Shown here one piece after another: positions 61,022 to 64,000 of a DNA stretch of 64,000 nucleotides. The notes under the pieces are model-generated. The model did no database searches and had not been told where the DNA came from. It worked only from the letters and a program-made list of their open reading frames with translations. The stretch is from an uncultured Chloroflexia bacterium. Lineage in GTDB: Bacteria; Chloroflexota; Limnocylindria; Limnocylindrales; CSP1-4. The translations under genes were made by a program, and so were the position numbers. Location of the stretch: positions 74,275-138,274 of the forward strand of contig CAVXPZ010000002.1 of NCBI GenBank assembly GCA_963763775.1, given 5' to 3'. How positions within the stretch are numbered: position 1 is the stretch's first letter; each line of letters opens with the position of its first letter.

Positions 61022-61320
61022 TCAGTCCGGAAACGCCTCCGGTCCGCGGTCCGCGAGTTCGCGGGCCTCGCCGGGGGCGTCCTCGGCCGGCAGCCACGAG
61101 TACGGATACCTTGCGTCCTCGAGGGCGGCCGCCTGACGCGTGATCTTGAGCGGGTGGAACGTGTCCACCATGACGGCCAGCTCCTCGGTGGCCTCCTTGC
61201 CGATCGAGGCCTCGGCCGTCCCCGGATGCGGGTCCGTGCGGGATGCCCGCCGGATGCAGCGTGAACGACGAGATCCCCACGCCACGGCGGCTCATGAAGT
61301 TGCCGGCCACGTAGTAGAGA
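61022..61320 (-). pseudogene. hmgA: 3' fragment of homogentisate 1,2-dioxygenase
   Basis: LYYVAGNFMSRRG..SFTLHPAGIPHGPHPG..ELAVMVDTFHPL..YPYSW; N-terminal part absent, one frameshift. Confidence 0.8.
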
Positions 61321-61365
61321 TGCACGGCCACCCAGGGGCCAGGCGAGCGACCGTTCACTCCGACC

Positions 61366-63846
61366 CTAGTGCGTAGGCCCGACGGCGAACCACTCCTCGG
61401 CGTTCTGGACGATCTCGCTGGCCGGTTCGCCGGTCAGCGGGACGGACCAGATCGACCGGTTGCCGCTCACGAGGATCGAGTTGCCGTCCTGCCCCCAGTG
61501 GATGGCCCCCGGGCCGTGGACTGCGGAGATACCGCCCACCGAGTTGAAGGACCCATCCGGTTCGGCGATCGAGAGTGATGGCCCGCCAGGCCCCCAGAAT
61601 GCGATCGCCACACGCTGCCCGTCCGGTGACCACGCGACGTGTCCCGGCCCGTCAACGTGCACCTGTTGACCACCCCCGTCGTCGGGTCCGGTGATCTGGA
61701 GCTTGGGGTAGGACGCCTCGTCGCACCACGGATCACGCAGGTTGCAGACGCGCGAGACGGCGAGCCGGGAGTCCTGGCTCCAGTCCGCCCACGCGTCGTT
61801 GCCGCCGACCGGCAGCGGGTCCAGGCGTGCCGTTCGATCGTTGAGCCAGTGCCATCCCGACCCGTCGGCCGCGACCAGGAGGATGTCGTCCTGGGTGAGA
61901 CCCTCGGAGACGCCGGGGCAGAGCTCGACGCAGCCGGTGATCCCGATCCACCGGCCGTCGGGCGACCAGGCCAGCCACGGCGGGCCTTGTCGGCCGGCCA
62001 CGAAGCCATCCGGGAGCCGGATCGAGCCGGTCTCCTTGCCGTCCGGGCGCACGATCGCGAGTCGATCGGGTTGGACGTCGCGGTACACCGCGAGGCGCTG
62101 GCTGTCCGGCGCCCAAGTCACGCCCATCCGATCTGCACGCGATGGCGACTCGACTCCGATGGTCCCGACGTGCCGGCCCGACGTCGTCACCAACTCCACG
62201 GATCCTGGACCGTCATACGCGATCACGTTGCCGTCCGGCGAGACCTCCAGAGCGTCGAAGTCTGGCGTCGAGTCGGCGATCGACGGCAGGTGGACGTCGC
62301 TCGCGAGGACCCTCGGGTGGGCGCCATCCGGGTCCGCGGCGATGACCGTCGTGCGCTGGAGATAGACGAGTCCGCCACCGATGCCGCGGCCGGCGTCACT
62401 CGGCCTAGCTGACGGGGCGACGGATGCGCTTGGCTTCGGCGAGGCGTCACCCCAGATCCAGTCGCCGTCCTGGGCGCCTTTGGCCACGACCCGGCTCTCA
62501 CCCAATTCAACGTCGACGAGTTCGAGCTGCGACGCGTCGCCTTCGAAGGCGGCAACCAGGAGCCATCGGCCGTCCGGCGACCAGGCTCTCACGTCGAAGA
62601 TCCCCGTGTCCGGCGTCACATGGCGGGGTGGGTCGTTCGAGTCCACGGCAATCACCCAGAGACCGTCCCCCACAGAGAGTCCGTTCCCATCATCGGCTGC
62701 ATGGTGGTAGGCGATCGAACGGCCGTCCGGCGACCACGCAAACGTGAGCCCAGCAGTCCATGAACCCTCGGCGATCGGCGGGACCAGGACCCGTCTGCCG
62801 GTTCCGTCCGCGGCCATCACCTCGAGCCGGAAGCCGTTCGACTGCGAATCGATGAACGCGATGCGTGTGCCATCCGGCGAGAAGGTGGCGTCCCACGTCG
62901 GATCAGCGTACGAGGCGAGTTCATGCGGGGGGCTTCCGTCGACGGGCACGAGCATCAGCCTGATGGCCGCCGATTTCGAGCAGCGCGTGCCCTCGTCTGG
63001 CTGGCACGCCCCGGCCAGCAGCGCCGTCCCGTCCGGCGACCAGCCGAACGTGACCACATCGGAGACGTCCCAGCGCTCACCGGCCGGAGGTGACAGTGTG
63101 ATCGGCGCATCGCCGCCGACGATCGTGATCGAGGTGCGGTCGAGGATCGCCAGCCGGGTACCATCAGGCGACCAGCTGTGGTAGCGGTTCCCCTGGCCAC
63201 GGATGACATATCCGACCTTCGCCGGGGTCGTCCCGCTGGCGTCCGTGAGGTCGACGTCGAGCGCCGGGGTCTGATCATCGCCGGCGGATCTCGTGACGGA
63301 GATCCGGCCATCGGCCGCCCATCGCGGATCGTCATACGGCGCGGATCCCCCGGTCAGGATCTTCTCGGCCCCGCCACCATCGATGTCGGCGACGTAGACA
63401 TCACCGTCGACCGTGTAGGTGACTCGGCCCGGACCAAGCACGGCCGGTCCCGGGGCCACGGGCGAGGACGACGGGCCCGGGGTCTTGATCGGGGCGACCG
63501 CGAGCTCGCTCGGGGTGGTCGTTGGCGGGATCGGCGGCGTCTGCACGAAGCTCGGCCGCTCCCGGCTCGACCCGGCCAACACGATGATGGTCGCGAGGAC
63601 GACGACGAGCAGGACCGAGATGAAGACCCAGGCGGACCGCGTCGGCAACGTCGGGACCTGCAAGGATCCGCCGAGTCGGACGTGGCCGCCGCTCGGGCCG
63701 GCCGTGGCAAGAGCGACGATGCCGGCTGCATCGAACGGATGGACGGCGACGTCGCCGAAGTCGCAGAGTCGCGCCACCATCGCCGCGTCGGCCGGTGACA
63801 GGACGTCCGGCTCCGGCAGGCGGTCGAGCTTCTGACCGTCAGTCAT
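61366..63846 (-). CDS. Single-TM protein with two TolB/PD40-like beta-propeller regions; putative anti-sigma/sensor of sigma 3
   Basis: One TM at about aa 72-92, Pro-rich linkers, more than ten WSPDG-type repeats; start overlaps upstream sigma stop. Confidence 0.8.
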   Translation of the reverse strand: MTDGQKLDRLPEPDVLSPADAAMVARLCDFGDVAVHPFDAAGIVALATAGPSGGHVRLGGSLQVPTLPTRSAWVFISVLLVVVLATIIVLAGSSRERPSFVQTPPIPPTTTPSELAVAPIKTPGPSSSPVAPGPAVLGPGRVTYTVDGDVYVADIDGGGAEKILTGGSAPYDDPRWAADGRISVTRSAGDDQTPALDVDLTDASGTTPAKVGYVIRGQGNRYHSWSPDGTRLAILDRTSITIVGGDAPITLSPPAGERWDVSDVVTFGWSPDGTALLAGACQPDEGTRCSKSAAIRLMLVPVDGSPPHELASYADPTWDATFSPDGTRIAFIDSQSNGFRLEVMAADGTGRRVLVPPIAEGSWTAGLTFAWSPDGRSIAYHHAADDGNGLSVGDGLWVIAVDSNDPPRHVTPDTGIFDVRAWSPDGRWLLVAAFEGDASQLELVDVELGESRVVAKGAQDGDWIWGDASPKPSASVAPSARPSDAGRGIGGGLVYLQRTTVIAADPDGAHPRVLASDVHLPSIADSTPDFDALEVSPDGNVIAYDGPGSVELVTTSGRHVGTIGVESPSRADRMGVTWAPDSQRLAVYRDVQPDRLAIVRPDGKETGSIRLPDGFVAGRQGPPWLAWSPDGRWIGITGCVELCPGVSEGLTQDDILLVAADGSGWHWLNDRTARLDPLPVGGNDAWADWSQDSRLAVSRVCNLRDPWCDEASYPKLQITGPDDGGGQQVHVDGPGHVAWSPDGQRVAIAFWGPGGPSLSIAEPDGSFNSVGGISAVHGPGAIHWGQDGNSILVSGNRSIWSVPLTGEPASEIVQNAEEWFAVGPTH

Positions 63847-64000
63847 CGCCGAGCTCCTCTCGCAAGCGGGCGATCGCCCTCGCCAGCCGGCTGCGGACCG
63901 CCGTGGCGGTCATGCCCATCTCGCGACCGATCTCCTGGGAATCGAGTCCGACCGTGTAGCGCATCGCGAGCATCGTCCGATCTCGCGCGTCGATCCGATC
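63839..64000 (-). CDS. ECF sigma factor 3, C-terminal region 4 (partial at window end)
   Basis: Manual translation: DRIDARDRTMLAMRYTVGLDSQEIGREMGMTATAVRSRLARAIARLREELGDD*. Confidence 0.85.
   Translation of the reverse strand, partial: DRIDARDRTMLAMRYTVGLDSQEIGREMGMTATAVRSRLARAIARLREELGDD

Noticed and set aside
1-64000. CRISPR array, rRNA, tRNA, transposase, integrase or prophage
   Set aside because: No regularly spaced direct repeats or diagnostic motifs were seen by eye.

Overview
Very GC-rich bacterial chromosomal segment. Gene style and content suggest Chloroflexota (possibly Limnocylindria-like), but this taxonomy is inference. About 60 CDS were called; no rRNA, tRNA, CRISPR array or transposase was seen. 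Many genes, including housekeeping ones such as ilvB and copA, carry single-base frameshifts that most likely reflect long-read or assembly errors. In order, the window holds: a tasA-like/sipW/FN3 fibre locus; an acyl-CoA catabolic operon; ALDH; PPK2; a DUF853 ATPase; mscL; and pheA. Next comes an ilvBNC-leuA-leuB-cimA operon with an extra stand-alone LeuA-type regulatory domain, preceded by a sigma70 promoter, a 69-aa Leu-rich leader peptide and a terminator (attenuator). It is followed by a GGDEF-EAL gene, leuCD, a MarP-like protease, ilvD, fabD-fabF-fabF, copA with a CsoR-like operator, and ogt. The far end carries a CBS-flanked 2-oxoacid:ferredoxin oxidoreductase operon and a run of three ECF sigma/anti-sigma-like cassettes. 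The best candidate for an undescribed system is at 42.8-47.4 kb: an MFS transporter fused to a cyclic-nucleotide-binding domain and a separately expressed 67-aa acidic peptide (repeated G[PS]EDxxKR motif, central DDVEGH), converging on a translationally coupled Crp - GAF - minimal cytoplasmic subtilase operon. Also notable are a dispersed, covarying hairpin repeat (three copies) and apparently widespread leaderless transcription.
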